From: the human T2T-CHM13v2.0 reference genome, Homo sapiens
Length of the DNA: 64,000 nt
Reading direction: 5' to 3' (one strand)
NCBI RefSeq assembly: GCF_009914755.1
Contig: NC_060930.1
Both the position numbers and the translations under genes were made by a program. Positions within the stretch are counted from its first letter, which is position 1. Each line of letters starts with the position of its first letter. Shown here piece after piece: positions 37,365 to 52,515 of the stretch. Under the pieces are notes generated by a model, which ran no database searches, was not told the DNA's origin, and worked only from the letters and a program-made list of their open reading frames with translations.

Positions 37365-40300
37365 TTCCGTAGGTTTTTGGGGAACAGGTGGTATTTGGTT
37401 ACATGAATAAGTGCTTTAGTGGTGACTTGTGAGATTTTGGTGCACCCATCACCCAAGCAGCAAACACTGAACCCAATTTGTAGTCTTTTATCCCTCACCC
37501 ACCTCCCACCCTTTCTCCTGAGTCCCCAAAGTCCGTTGTATCATTCTTATGCCTTTGCATCCTCATAACTTAGCTCCCACTTATGAGTGAGAACATAGAA
37601 TATTTGGTTTTCCATTCCTGAGTTACTTTACTAAGAATAATAGTCTCCAGTCCCATCCAGGTTGCTGCAAATGGCATTAATTTGTTCCTTTTCATGGCTG
37701 AGTAGTATTCTATCATATATATGTATGAAATGTATATCATATATATTCACATATCTCATTTATTCCATCATATATCTGTATGCATATATATATAAGTTTC
37801 TTTATCCACTCATTGATTGATGGGCATTTGGGCTGGTTCCATATTTTTGCAATTGCAAATTCTGCTTTTATAAACATGCATGTGCAAAAATCTTCTTTGT
37901 ATAATGGCTTGTTATCCTCTGGGTAGATACCCATTAGTGGGACTGCTGAATCAAATGTTAGTTCTACTTTTAGTTCTTTAAGGAATCTCCACACTGTTTT
38001 CCATAGTGGTTGTACTAGTTTACATTTCCACCAGCCGTGTAGAAGTGTTTGCTTTTCACCGTATCCACACCAACATCTACTTTTTAAAATTTTTTGATTA
38101 TGGCCATTCTTGCAGGAGTGAGGTGGTATCCATTGTGGTTTTGATTCGTATTTCCCTGATAATTAGTTTGTTGGCCATTTGTATATCTTCTTTTGAGAAT
38201 TATCTATTCATGTCCTTAGCCTAGTTTTTGATGGGATTATTTGTATTTTTCTTGCTAAGTTTTATGTGTTCCTTGTAGATTCTAGATATGTTAGTCCTTT
38301 ATCGGATGTATAGATTGTGAAGATTTTCTCCCACTCTGTGGGTTGTCTGTTTACTCTGTCGTCTGTTTCTTTTGCTGTGCAGAAGCTCTTTTGTTTAATT
38401 AAATCCTATCTATTTATCTTTGTTTTTGTTGCATTTGCTTTTGGGTACTTGGTCATGAAGTCTTTGCCTAAGCCAATATCCAGAAGGGTTTTTCTGATGT
38501 TATCTTGTAGAATTTTTATGTTTTCAGGTCCTAGATGTAAGTCCTTGATCCATCTTGAGTTTATTTTTATATCAGGTGAGAGATGAGGATCCAGTTTCAT
38601 TCTCCTACACACAGCTTCTCATAGCAGAGCTACTGATACGTGTACATTAATTTTGTATCCTGAAACTTTACTGAATTCATTTATCAGTTCTAAGAGCTTT
38701 TTGGAGGAGTCTTCAGGATTTTCTAGGTATATGATCATATCAGAAAACAGTGAGTTTGACATCTTCTTTACCAATTTGGGTACCCTTATTTCTTTCTCTT
38801 GTCTGATTGCTCTGGCTAGGACTTCCAGTACTATGCTGAACAGAAGTGGTAAGAGTGGGCGTCCTTGTCTTGTTCCAGTTCTCAGAGGGAATGCTTTCAA
38901 CTTTTCCCCATTCAGTATTATGTTGGCTGTGGGTTTGTCATAGATGACTTCTATTACATTGAGGTATGTTCCTTGTGTGCTGGTTTTACTGTGGGTTTTA
39001 ATCACAAAGCAATGCTGGATATTGTCAAATGCATTTTCTGCATCTATTGAGATGATAATGTGATTTTTGTTTTTAATTCTCTTTATATGTATATCACATT
39101 TATTGACTTGCATATGTTAAATCATCCCTGCATCCCTGGTATGAAACACACTTGATCATGGTGGATTATCTTTTTGATATGTTGTTGGATTCAGTTAGCT
39201 AGTATTTTGTTAAGGATTTTTGCATCTATGTTCATCAAGGATATTTGTGTGTAGTTTTCTTTTTTGTTATGTCCTTTCCTGGTTTTGATATTAGGGTGAT
39301 ACTGGCTTCATAGAATGATTTAGGGAGGATTCCCTGTTTCTCTATCCGTGGAATTGTGTCAAAAAGATTGGTACCAATTTTTCTTTGAATGTCTGATAGA
39401 AGTCAGCTGTGTATCTAACTAGTTCTGGACTTTTTTTTTTGTAAGTTTTTAATTACTATTTCAATCTCACTTCTTGTTATTGGTCTATTCAGGATTTCTA
39501 ATTCTTCTTGATTTAAGCTAGGGGGGTTGTATATTTCCAGGAATTAATCTATCTCTTCTAGGTTTTCTAGTTTATGAGTGTAAAGGTGTTCATAGTAGCC
39601 ACAGTAGCCTTGAATTATGTTTTGTATTTCTGTGGTATCAGTTGTAATATCTCCCATTTCATTTCTAGTTGAGATTATTTGGCTCTTCTGTCTTCTTTTC
39701 TTGGTTAATCTTGCTAATGGTCTATCAATTTTTTTTTATCTTTTTTAAAAAATAGCTTTTTTTTCATTTATCTTTTGTAATTTTTTGTTTCAATTCCATT
39801 TAGTTCTGCTCTGATCTTGGTTATTTCTTTTCTTCTGCTGGGTTTGGGTTTGGGTTTGGTTTGTTCTTGTTTCTCTAGTTCCTTGAGGTATGACCTTAAA
39901 TTGTCTTTTTGTGCTTTTTCAGACTTTCTGATGTAGGCATTTAAAGCTATGAACTTTCCTCTTAGCACTGCCCTTGCTGTATTACAGAGGTTTTGATAAG
40001 TTGGGTCACTATTATCATTCAGTTCAAAGAATTTTTTTAAATTTCCATCTTGATTTCATTGTTGACCCAATGATCATTCAGGAGCAGGTTATATAATTTC
40101 CATGTATTTGCATGGTTTTGAAGGTTCTTTTTGGAGTTGATTTCCAATTTCGCTTCACTGTGGTCTGAGAGAGTACTTGATATAATTTCCATTTTCTTAA
40201 ATGTATTGAGACTTGTTTTGTGGCCTATCATATGTTCTATCTTTTAGAGAGTTCAATGCACTGATGAATAGAATGTGTATTCTGCAGTTGCTGGGTAGAG

Positions 40301-40594
40301 TGTTCCGACAACATCTGTTAAGTCAATTTGTTCTAGGGTGTAGTTTAAATCCATTGTTTCTTTGTTGACTTTCTGTCTTGATGACCTGTCTAGTGCTGTC
40401 AGTGGAGTATTGAAGTCCCTCACTATTATTGTATTGCTGTCTAACTCATTTCTTAGGTCTAGTAGTAATTGTTTTATAAATTTGGGAGCTCCAGTGTTAG
40501 GTCCATATATATTTCGAATTCTGATATTTTCCTGTTAGACAAGGCCTTTTATCATTATATAATATCCCTCTTTGTCTTTTTTAACTGCTGTTGC

Positions 40595-43459
<2,865 letters not shown>

Positions 43460-46194
43460 TAAAGTTTGTTTTTTTAATATAAGAATAGCTACTCCTGCTA
43501 ACTTTTGCTGTCCTTTTGAAAGGAATGTCCTTTTCCACCTCTTTACTTTAAGTTTATGTGAGTCCTTAAGTGTTAGGTGAGTCTCTCAAAGGCAGCATAC
43601 ACTTGGTTGGTGAATTCTTATCCATTCTGCAATTCTGTATATTTGAAGTGGAACATTTAGGCTATTTACATTCAACATTAGTATTGAGATGTGATATACT
43701 ATTCCATTCATTATGCTATTTGTTTCCTGAGTACCTTGGTTTTTATTTATTTATTGTATTCTTGTTTTATAGGTCCTGTGAGATTCATGCTTTAAAGGGG
43801 TTCTGTTTTGATGTGTTTCCAGGATTTGTTTCAAGATCTAGAGCTCCTTTTAGCAGTTCTTGTAGTTCTGGCTTGGTAGTGGCAAATTCTCTCAGCATTT
43901 GTCTGAAAAAGGCTGTAGTTTTCCTTCATTCATGAAGCTTAGTTTTGCTGGATACAAAATTCTTGGCTGATAATTGTTTTGTTTAAGGAGGCTGAAGATT
44001 GAGCCCCAGTACCTTCTAGGTTTCCCTTTACAGGTTACCTGGTGTTTTTGCCTTGCAGCTCTTAAGATTCTTTCCTTCATCTTGACTTTAGATAACCTGA
44101 TGACTATGTACCTAGGTGATTACTTTTTGCAGTGAATTTCTCAGGTGTTTTTTGAGCTTCTTGTATTTGGATGTCTATATCTCTAGCAAGGCCAGGAAAG
44201 TTTTCCTCAATTATTCCCCTAAATATGTTTTCCAAACTTTTAGATATCTCTTCTTCCTTGGGAATAGCAGTTATTCTTAGGTTTGGTTGTTTAACATAAT
44301 TCCAAACTTCTTGGAAGTTTCGTTAATTTTTTAAAATTCTTTTGTCTTTGTCTTCGTTGGATTGGGTTATTTCAAAAACCTTGTCTTTGAGGTCTGAAAT
44401 TCTTTCTTCTGCTTGTTTGATTCTATTGCTGAGACTTTCCACTATATTTTGCATTTCTCTAAGTGTGTCCTTTATTTCCTGAAGTTGTGATTGTTTTTTA
44501 TTTGTGCTATCTATTTCACTGAAAATTTTTCCATTGACATCCTGTATCATTTTTTTTATTTCATTAAGCTGGATTTCACCTTTTTCTGGTACCTCCTTGA
44601 TTAGCTTAATACTTGACTTTCTGCATTCTTTTTCTGGCAATTCAAGAATTTCTTCTTGGTTTGGATCCACTGCTGGTGAGCTAGCGTGATTTTGGGGGAT
44701 GTTAAAGAAACTTGTTTTGTCATATTACCAGAATTGTTTTTCTGGTTCCTTCTCATTTGGGTAGACTCTATTAGAGGAAGAATCTGGGGCTCAAGTCTGC
44801 TGTTGATTCTTTTGTCCCATGGGGTGTTCCATTGATGTAGTACTCTCTCCCTTTTCCTAGGGATATGGCTTCTTGAGAGCTGAACTGTACTGATTGTTAT
44901 TTCTCTTCTGGATCTAGCCACACAACAGGGCTACCAGACTCTAGGCTAGTACTGGTGGGTGTCTACACAGAGTCCTGTGATGTAAATTGTCTTCAGGTCT
45001 CTCAGCTGTGTATACCAGCACCTGCTCTGCTGAAGGTGGCAGGGGATGAAATGGACTCTGTAAGGGTCCTTAGTTGTAGTTGTTTAATGCACTAATTTTG
45101 TGCTGATTGGCCTCCTGCCAGGAGGTGGTGCTTTCAAGAGAACATCAACTGTGGTACTATAGGGGAAGTTCAGGTCGTAGGTGGGGCCCTAGAACTGCCA
45201 AGAGAATATGACCTTTGTTTTCAGCTACCAGGGTGAGTAGGGAAGGACTATCAGGTGGGGGCAGGGTTTGGTGTGTCTGAGCTCAGATTCTCGTTGGGCT
45301 TGCTGCAGCTGCTGTGGGAGATGCGAGTATAGTTCCTAGGTCTATGAAGTTATGTTTTCAGGAGGGCTACGGCTGCCTCTGCTGTTTCATGCAAGTTGTC
45401 AGGGAAGAGGGGGAAAGCCAGCAGTTACAGGCCTCACCCAGCTCCTGTGCAACCCAAAAGGCTGCTCTCATTTCCACCCTGTCCCTCAACCACAACCGCA
45501 CCAAGATTGTTTCCAGGCAGTGGGCCAGCAGGGTGGAGAACTTGCCCCAGGTTACCAGCCTCCAAGCTGAGGAAGAAAACAGTGCTTCTGCACCTTCTCA
45601 GTTGTCAAGTCTCACTTCTCACTTGTCAAGTCTCCCCCAAGATTCATGCCCTCCCCCAAGTTCTGGCCAGGAAACTTCATGTTTGGTTGGAATTGTTACA
45701 AAGCTCAGCTGGAGGTTTCCTTTTCCCTGTGATCTTTTCCCAATTCCTCTGGCAGCCCTCCCCAAGGACCCCTGTGAGACAAGGCATAAATGGCTTCCCT
45801 GGGGACCCAGAAGGCACACAGGGCTTTTTCTGCTGCTTCCTTTACCCTTGTACTTTGCTCAGCACTCTAAATTGTCTCAGTTCCAGGTAAAGTCAAATCC
45901 TTCTTCTGTGATCTGGTCCTTCAGATTCCCCAGTGAGGGTGTGTGTTCAGGGGAGGACAATCCCCCTTTCCCACTTTCACAGTTTGGGCACTCAAGTATT
46001 TGGGCTCTCTCCTGGGTCCTGCAGGAGCAATCCACTTCCTTCAAAGGGTCTTTGGATTCTCTCGGCTTTCCTGTTATACTCCTGCAGTAGTACTTGGAGC
46101 AAAAGTTTATGACGTGAGTCTCCACACACTGCTCTGTCCACCCGAATGGGAGCTGCAATATAGTCCTGCCTCCCTATTCGCCATTTTAAAAATA

Positions 46195-46290
46195 CAGATG
46201 ATTTTTGACTTTTGATGATATTACATCCTGATAAACTCACCATAAGTCAAAAAATTGTAAGTCAAACCACTGTACGTCAGAGACCATCTG
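46195..46290. mobile_element. 96-bp internally deleted TcMar-Tigger MITE (MER47/Tigger5-like)
   Basis: TA-CAGATG ... CATCTG-TA termini with TA duplication; internal ttacatcctgataaactcaccataagtc. Confidence 0.75.
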
Positions 46291-46294
46291 TATA

Positions 46295-46870
46295 TTTTGG
46301 TAAATGTCATGAAGAAACAATATACATTTATGGAGAATAATGTTACCAGAGAGAAAAGGTGGTCAAAAAGGGCTTCCCTGGCTTTTGACTGAGATGTGAA
46401 GAATGAGATGAGGTGAAATGAGAAGGAACAAGTCACAAGAAATCTCTCTCTATTTCTGTGGGGTATGTATGTGTGTGTGTGTGTGTGTGGGAGTAGATGA
46501 TTAGGTAGTTGGGCTTACTGTATTAGAGAAAAGACAAAGCATCAAGAGAGAGTCTAAGGTAGGAAATGGCCCAAGATAAGCCAAACACAGAAGGAAACTG
46601 TGGAAGGAAAATTACAAAAGAGGAGATTGAAACATGCGCATGAAAAGTTGAGGCAAGGCTATGTAGACCATAGTTATAATTTCACATTTTATCTGATGTT
46701 CAATAAGAGACCACTGAGGAATTTTAAGCAATGCAAGAAAAAAATATGATGTAATTTTTAAAAGGAAATTATTTCAACTTGTATTTGCCAAGTAGATTGG
46801 GGTAGAAGTAGAAATTAGAAACCAATATGGAGGCTAGTTTTGTGGCACAGCCTAGGGGTTGAAGTGGAAC
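46295..46870 (-). mobile_element. L2 relic, continuation of 36865-37040
   Basis: gtggtcaaaaagggcttccctg...gactgagatgtgaagaatgag...gaccactgaggaattttaagca; contains (TG)n at about 46470-46489. Confidence 0.6.
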
Positions 46871-47079
46871 TAGAGGGAACTACAAGAATCCCTATTGTTC
46901 CGTCTTCTTCTTTTCTGGGTGAATTACAGTTTTCCAGTGTTCCTTTCAAACCTGGGTACAATGAATTCACTTTTATTTAGGGTAGAGGTAGAAGCCACAG
47001 AGAATGCCATTTCCTTCCTAACACTGAGTAAAAAGCTACGTAATGTTTAAAATCATCACTTCTTTGAGTAACTATAGAG

Positions 47080-49540
47080 TTGAAGCTGAAAGAATAGTAG
47101 ATGAACCAAATTCTGTAAGTTCCCTGGAGAAGAGTAGCACGCATAGACTCTTCAGCCTTTGGCAGACCAAGGAGGAAGAGGTGACAGTTATATACATGTG
47201 AAAATCAGAGCAAACAATTAAAATTCTGATGAATAGTTAAAGGCTGAGTCTGGGAAATTTCAGCAGCCAGAGACAAACTGTATTTGTCAAGTAGAAATGT
47301 TAGAAATAAAAACTGTGCTGTCAGAGATGAAGAAGTCCTTCAATGGACTTATCAGCAGACTGAACACAGAAGAGGGGAAACATCAGTAACCTTAAATACA
47401 TTGATAGAAAGTATCCAAAGTGAAAAAAAAGAGGGGGAAAAAAGCATAAGAGAAAGCATCCAAAAGGTGTTGGAAAATACACAGTGATCTCACATAAAAG
47501 AAAGTGGAATCACTGAAGGAGAAAAGAGAGAAATTAAGGCACTAGAAATATTAGGATATAGCCAACAATTCACTAAAATTAATGCAAGATAATTAATCAC
47601 AGAATCAAGAAGCTTAGAAAAGAATGTACCTTGGCATATCGTCATCAGAATTCTTATTATGGGCTGAATTATATCCTCCACAAAATGTATATGTTGAAGT
47701 CTTAACTCTAGTACCTCAGAATGCAACTGTATCCTTGGAAGTAGGGTGTTTAGACATAGTTAAATTAAGGTGTGGTCATTAGGGTGTGCACTAATTCAAT
47801 ATGATTGGTCTCCTTATAAGGAAAAGAAATTGATACAGAGGTACAGAAGGAAGATGATGTGAAGACACAGAGGAAGATGGCCATTTGCAAGGAAGCAGTA
47901 AGGCCTAGAACAGATCTTTCCATTCAGGCCTTCAGAGGAACCAACTCTACTGACACCTTGATCTCATACTTCTAGCTTCCAGAACTGTAAGCTAACAAAT
48001 TTCTGTAGTTTAAGCCTCCTAGTCTGTGGTATACTTTGTGGTATACCCTAGAAAACTAATACAACCCTAGAAAACTAATACAGTGCTGAAAACTAAAGAT
48101 AAAGAGATAATTCTGAAGGTAGCCAGCTGAAAAAGATGTGTCAAATAAAAGAAACCCAAAAACTAAGAGCAGATTTCTCATCACAGTCTTTACGTGGCAG
48201 AAAACAGTGGTGCAATATCTTTAAGATAATATAACAAACAAACAAAAAAACTGTTTTCTCAGAATTCTATGTTCAGCAAAAAGATATTTCAAAAGTGAAG
48301 GCAAAATAAAAAACATTTTAAGACAAACAAAAACTGAGAGAATTCATCATTAGCACACATGTACTACAAGGTATTTTAAAAGAAATTATTCAGGTAGAGG
48401 AAATGTACAGACAAATTTTAGATCCATACAAATAAAGAGCACCTAGAATGATAAAAGTACATCTAAATATAAAAGATTTTTTAAGTTTTAAAATTGCTTT
48501 AAAAGATAATTGGCTGGCTAAACTAAAAATAGCAGGATTTAAACACATATAGAATTAAAATATGTAAACACAGAAGACGAAAGAATCAAGGTGAAAAGAC
48601 ACCATTGAGTTCTTGTTTAAAGTAATGTAATATTATTTGAAGATCAACTAAGGTAATTTAGGGAAGACCCAAATTATCAATATCAGGAATAAATGAGAGG
48701 GCATCACTATAGACCCTACAGATATTAAAATGATAATAAATATTATTATAAAATGTATACCTATACATTTGAGAACATGTATGTAAAGGAAAACTTGTTG
48801 AAAGATGAAAACTATTAATGCCACTCAGTAAGAAATAGAAAAACCAAATAGCTCTCTATCTATAAAGAAAACTAAATTTGTAGTCAAAAGCGTTTCTCTA
48901 ACTTCAGGCCCAAATAACTTCATTGGTGAATTCTACCAAGCATTTAAGGAAAAAATAATACTAATTCTACACAAAATATGAAAAATTTCGAAGAATCTAC
49001 AAAAATTCTGTCAGAACTAAGAATGGAATTTACAAAATTGCAAGGATACAGTAGTAATATATATTTAGAAAATCAATTGTATCTCTATATATTAATACTG
49101 CCAACTAACAATAAAGCATTGAAATTTTTAAAGTACCATTTGCAATAGCACTGAAAATATGAAGTACTTGGGAATATATTTAGGACATAATTTGTGCAAA
49201 GCCTGTACACTGCAAGTTACAAAACATTGCTGAAAGAAATAAAATCTAAATAAATGGAGAATTCATAGGTTGGTACCCAATATTATTTTTTGTCAATTTC
49301 CTTCAAATTGTTCTAAGTATCTATCAAAAATCACAATCAGAATTCCAGTAAGTTTTTTTCTTGTAGAAATTGGCAATGATTTTAAAATATATGTGGAAAC
49401 TGAGAAGACTTAGAATGGTCAAAATAATTTTGAAAAAGGAAAACAAAGTTGTAGAAGTCATCAAAACAGTGTGTTATTGGTGTAAGGATAAACATTAAAC
49501 AGAACAATGGAACAGGACAGAACCACAGACAGAATGGCAC
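47080..49540 (+). mobile_element. Old L1M relic (ORF1 and ORF2 fragments with large deletions)
   Basis: agaattctatgttcagcaaaa (ORF1); ggcatcactatagaccctacagatatt and ttcattggtgaattctaccaagcatttaagga (ORF2). Confidence 0.8.
47657..48082 (+). mobile_element. MaLR solo LTR (MLT1A/B-like) inside the L1M
   Basis: tatgggctgaatt...gtatatgttgaagtcttaac...tgacaccttgatctcatacttctagcttccagaactgt...gaaaactaataca. Confidence 0.88.
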
Positions 49541-50879
49541 AGATAAGCTTGTGTTTTACTGAGCGAAAGTCTTCATTTCTTCTTTCTACATTATTGTTAT
49601 TGCCTTGCATTATAATCATTTGTTTTTAAATTTATACCTTTAAATGGATTTTGAGATTCTGAAGGATATAATACTGTTTGATATTTCTGTTTACACAAAG
49701 TGTCTTGTTTTACCATTAAAAATATGGTCCCATAAAACTCAACCTCTTTTCCAGTATTCTTACTACTTGCTCAGCCTACTTTATCTTATCTACAGCAAAT
49801 CATCTGAAACATAATAGGTGATCAGTAAATATTTTTAAAAATTAATAAATGAATATGAAGTGAGTCTAACTTCTTGATACAATTTATTTCCATTTTCTGA
49901 TATAAAAGGCAAGTGAACTAACCATCTTAATAAAAGCACTTTATATAAATGAAACAGCTTTCATTAACTTACTTAACAAGAGTTTATTGATTAACTACAG
50001 CCATCCAGACAATGTTTTAAATAATTGAAACACAAAGCATTATAACACTGTTCATTGTTGTCTTATATTGGTGAAACAGTCCAATCCCTACATTTCACAT
50101 TTGAAATTTTGTTTCCTTAGTATTTAACCATAATTCCACTTAGTTTAATGGATATATCCCCATAATTATTATATTACTTATCAGGTAGGTTCCTTTTGGG
50201 TAAAGTACAGCAGACATTCATGAAACAGACAAAGAAACAAAAAACATGTATGTGTATGCATGTATATATATATATTATATAATATTTAATATGTGTATAT
50301 ATAATCTAAAAGAAGAAAAAGTCGAAAAGCTTATTTCTGCCTAAACTGTTTACAAACTAAAGTTACTATAAATTTATTATTAAAATGTAAATAAAATTTA
50401 CTAAAACTACATTGATGATACCAATGTAATACTACTCTTCTAATGTAATTGCATTTTTAAAACTTAATGAAGAATTCAGAAAAGATTTATGTTGTCATAT
50501 ATTTTTCAAATTGTTCTCAAAGCACTCTTATTCCCAAATTTTTGACATGGTTTATATTTGCGAAAGTGACTTGAAGAATTTAAAGTAAAACAGAGAAAGC
50601 ATTTACAAATATTTACCCATGTGCCATTTCCTGTCAGTCTTAATGCCAAAATACGTTTTAAAATAACCACAATTATGCTAACACTTTTCAGAAGTAAAAA
50701 AAGAAAGAGATTGAAATTAAATGTGTTTGAAAGCAAATTTAAAAATAGGTAATGATGGCTCCATATTATCCATATGAAAAAGAGAAAATAGATTGTTTCA
50801 TAAGTTGGGAAAATATATTATTAATTTTTGTAAGCTTGGACCTACAATTTAAAATGTATTTATTAAAAACTCTTCTTTC

Positions 50880-51039
50880 AAATTTTCAATTCAATAAATG
50901 TTTACTAAGTACTTATCCTGTGCCAGGAATTGTTCCAGGGATTTGAGATACATCAATGAGCAAAACAAAGATTTTAGTCCACATGAAGCTTATATCATTG
51001 TAAGAAAGAGAAAAAAAATTAACAATAATTAAAATAAAG

Positions 51040-51083
<44 letters not shown>

Positions 51084-51465
51084 AAGGCAATATGTGCTAT
51101 GGAAAAAAACATTAGAACAGGGGAGTTTTGAGCATACTGGTTGCAACTTTAAAGAGAATGGTTATGGAATGTTATATTGGGAAAGCACAGGGAGTGGCCA
51201 TGCATATGTCTGATTGAAGAGCAGGTCAGGCATAGTGAAGTGCCTGTGCAAATGTCCTAAGACAGTGTGGTGGGAGTGTCTGGAGTGTTTGCAGGTGAGG
51301 CCAATGTGGCTGAAGGAGAGTGAGCAAAGATGAAAGTAGTAAAAGGGGAGAAGAGGAGAGGGAAAAAGGAGAGGAGGGAGAAAGGAAGAAAGGCATCGAT
51401 TATTCAGGCATTTTTGGCCGCTGTAAGGTCTATAGATTTTTCTTTGAGTGAAATGAGGAGTTTAT
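50880..51465 (-). mobile_element. L2 3' relic
   Basis: attcaataaatgtttactaagtacttatcctgtgccagg...gaggccaatgtggctgaaggagagtgag. Confidence 0.8.
51043..51080 (+). repeat. (AC)19 microsatellite
   Basis: Perfect dinucleotide run. Confidence 0.98.
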
Positions 51466-51877
51466 AATTATTCCTTCTAATATTCAAGGAAAATAACAAG
51501 TAAGGAATGCCCAGGTAATAGCTTGTCCCTCACTGAATGCTCAGCAAAGCCACCTGTCCTCAGTTTTTCCAGAAAGCCTCTTTGATCACCTGACTGTAAC
51601 TCTTGTGGAGCTACAGTCTCTTCTGAACTCACAGAACTTCCTCTTGGTGTCATTTGATTTACCAGCGACTCATACAGTTCCCACTACATCTTTGCTTTAT
51701 ACGTTTACTTAGCATTGTCTTAAATCTCTACATACATTGTATGTCTCTTGAAGGTAGTGAGTTTGTTATCTTTCTCAATATAGTTGCCTTGCACAAAGAA
51801 CTCAATGAATATTTTTAAATGAACAGGGCTTCTTGACTTTATATTAGTATCTGTTTCCACACTGCAAGAGCTATCTT

Positions 51878-52171
51878 GGCTTGGCATAGTGACTCATGCC
51901 TGTAATCCCAGCACTTTGGGGGCCTAGGCAGGAGGATTGCTTGAGCCCAAGAGTTCAAGACCACCAGCCTGGGGAAGATGGCAAGATCCATCTCTACAAA
52001 AAATTTAAAAATTAGTCAGGTGTGGTGGTGTGCCTGTAGTCCCAGCTACTTGAGAGGCTGAGGCAGGATGATGGCTTGAGCTCTGGAATTCAAGGCAGGA
52101 GAGTGCTATAATCTTGCTCCAGCACTCCAGCCTGGGTGACAAAGCAAAACCCTGTCAAAAAAAAAAAAAAA
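51878..52171 (+). mobile_element. Alu, AluJ
   Basis: J diagnostics ggaggattgcttgagcccaagagttcaagacc; poly-A. Confidence 0.93.
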
Positions 52172-52224
52172 TCTTCCCTATGTCATCTTTTTGATATGTG
52201 TGGCTAACAAAAAGTGATATTGCA

Positions 52225-52515
52225 TTTTATTTTTTTGAGACAGGGTCTCACTCTGTTGCCCAGGCTGGAGTGCAGTTGCATGATCACAGCTCACTGCAGC
52301 CTCAACCTCCCAGGCTCAAGTGATCCTCCTCTCTGTCTCCCGAGTAGCTGGGATTACAGGCAAGCACCACCAGAGCTGGCTAATTTTTAAATTTTCTATA
52401 GAGATAGGGTCTTGCTCTTTTGTGCAGGCTGATCTTGAACTCCTGGACTCAAGCAATTCTCCCACTTTGGCCTCCCAAAGTGCTAGTCTTATGGGTATAA
52501 GCCACCAAGCCTGGC
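52225..52515 (-). mobile_element. Alu, AluJ
   Basis: gagacagggtctcactctgttgcccaggctgg...gctcaagtgatcctcc; TSD tgatattgcatttt / tgatagtgcacttt. Confidence 0.94.

Noticed and set aside
39840-39862. (GGGTTT)n telomere-like repeat
   Set aside because: Not TTAGGG; it is a slight expansion of an L1PB ORF2 motif (KPKP)
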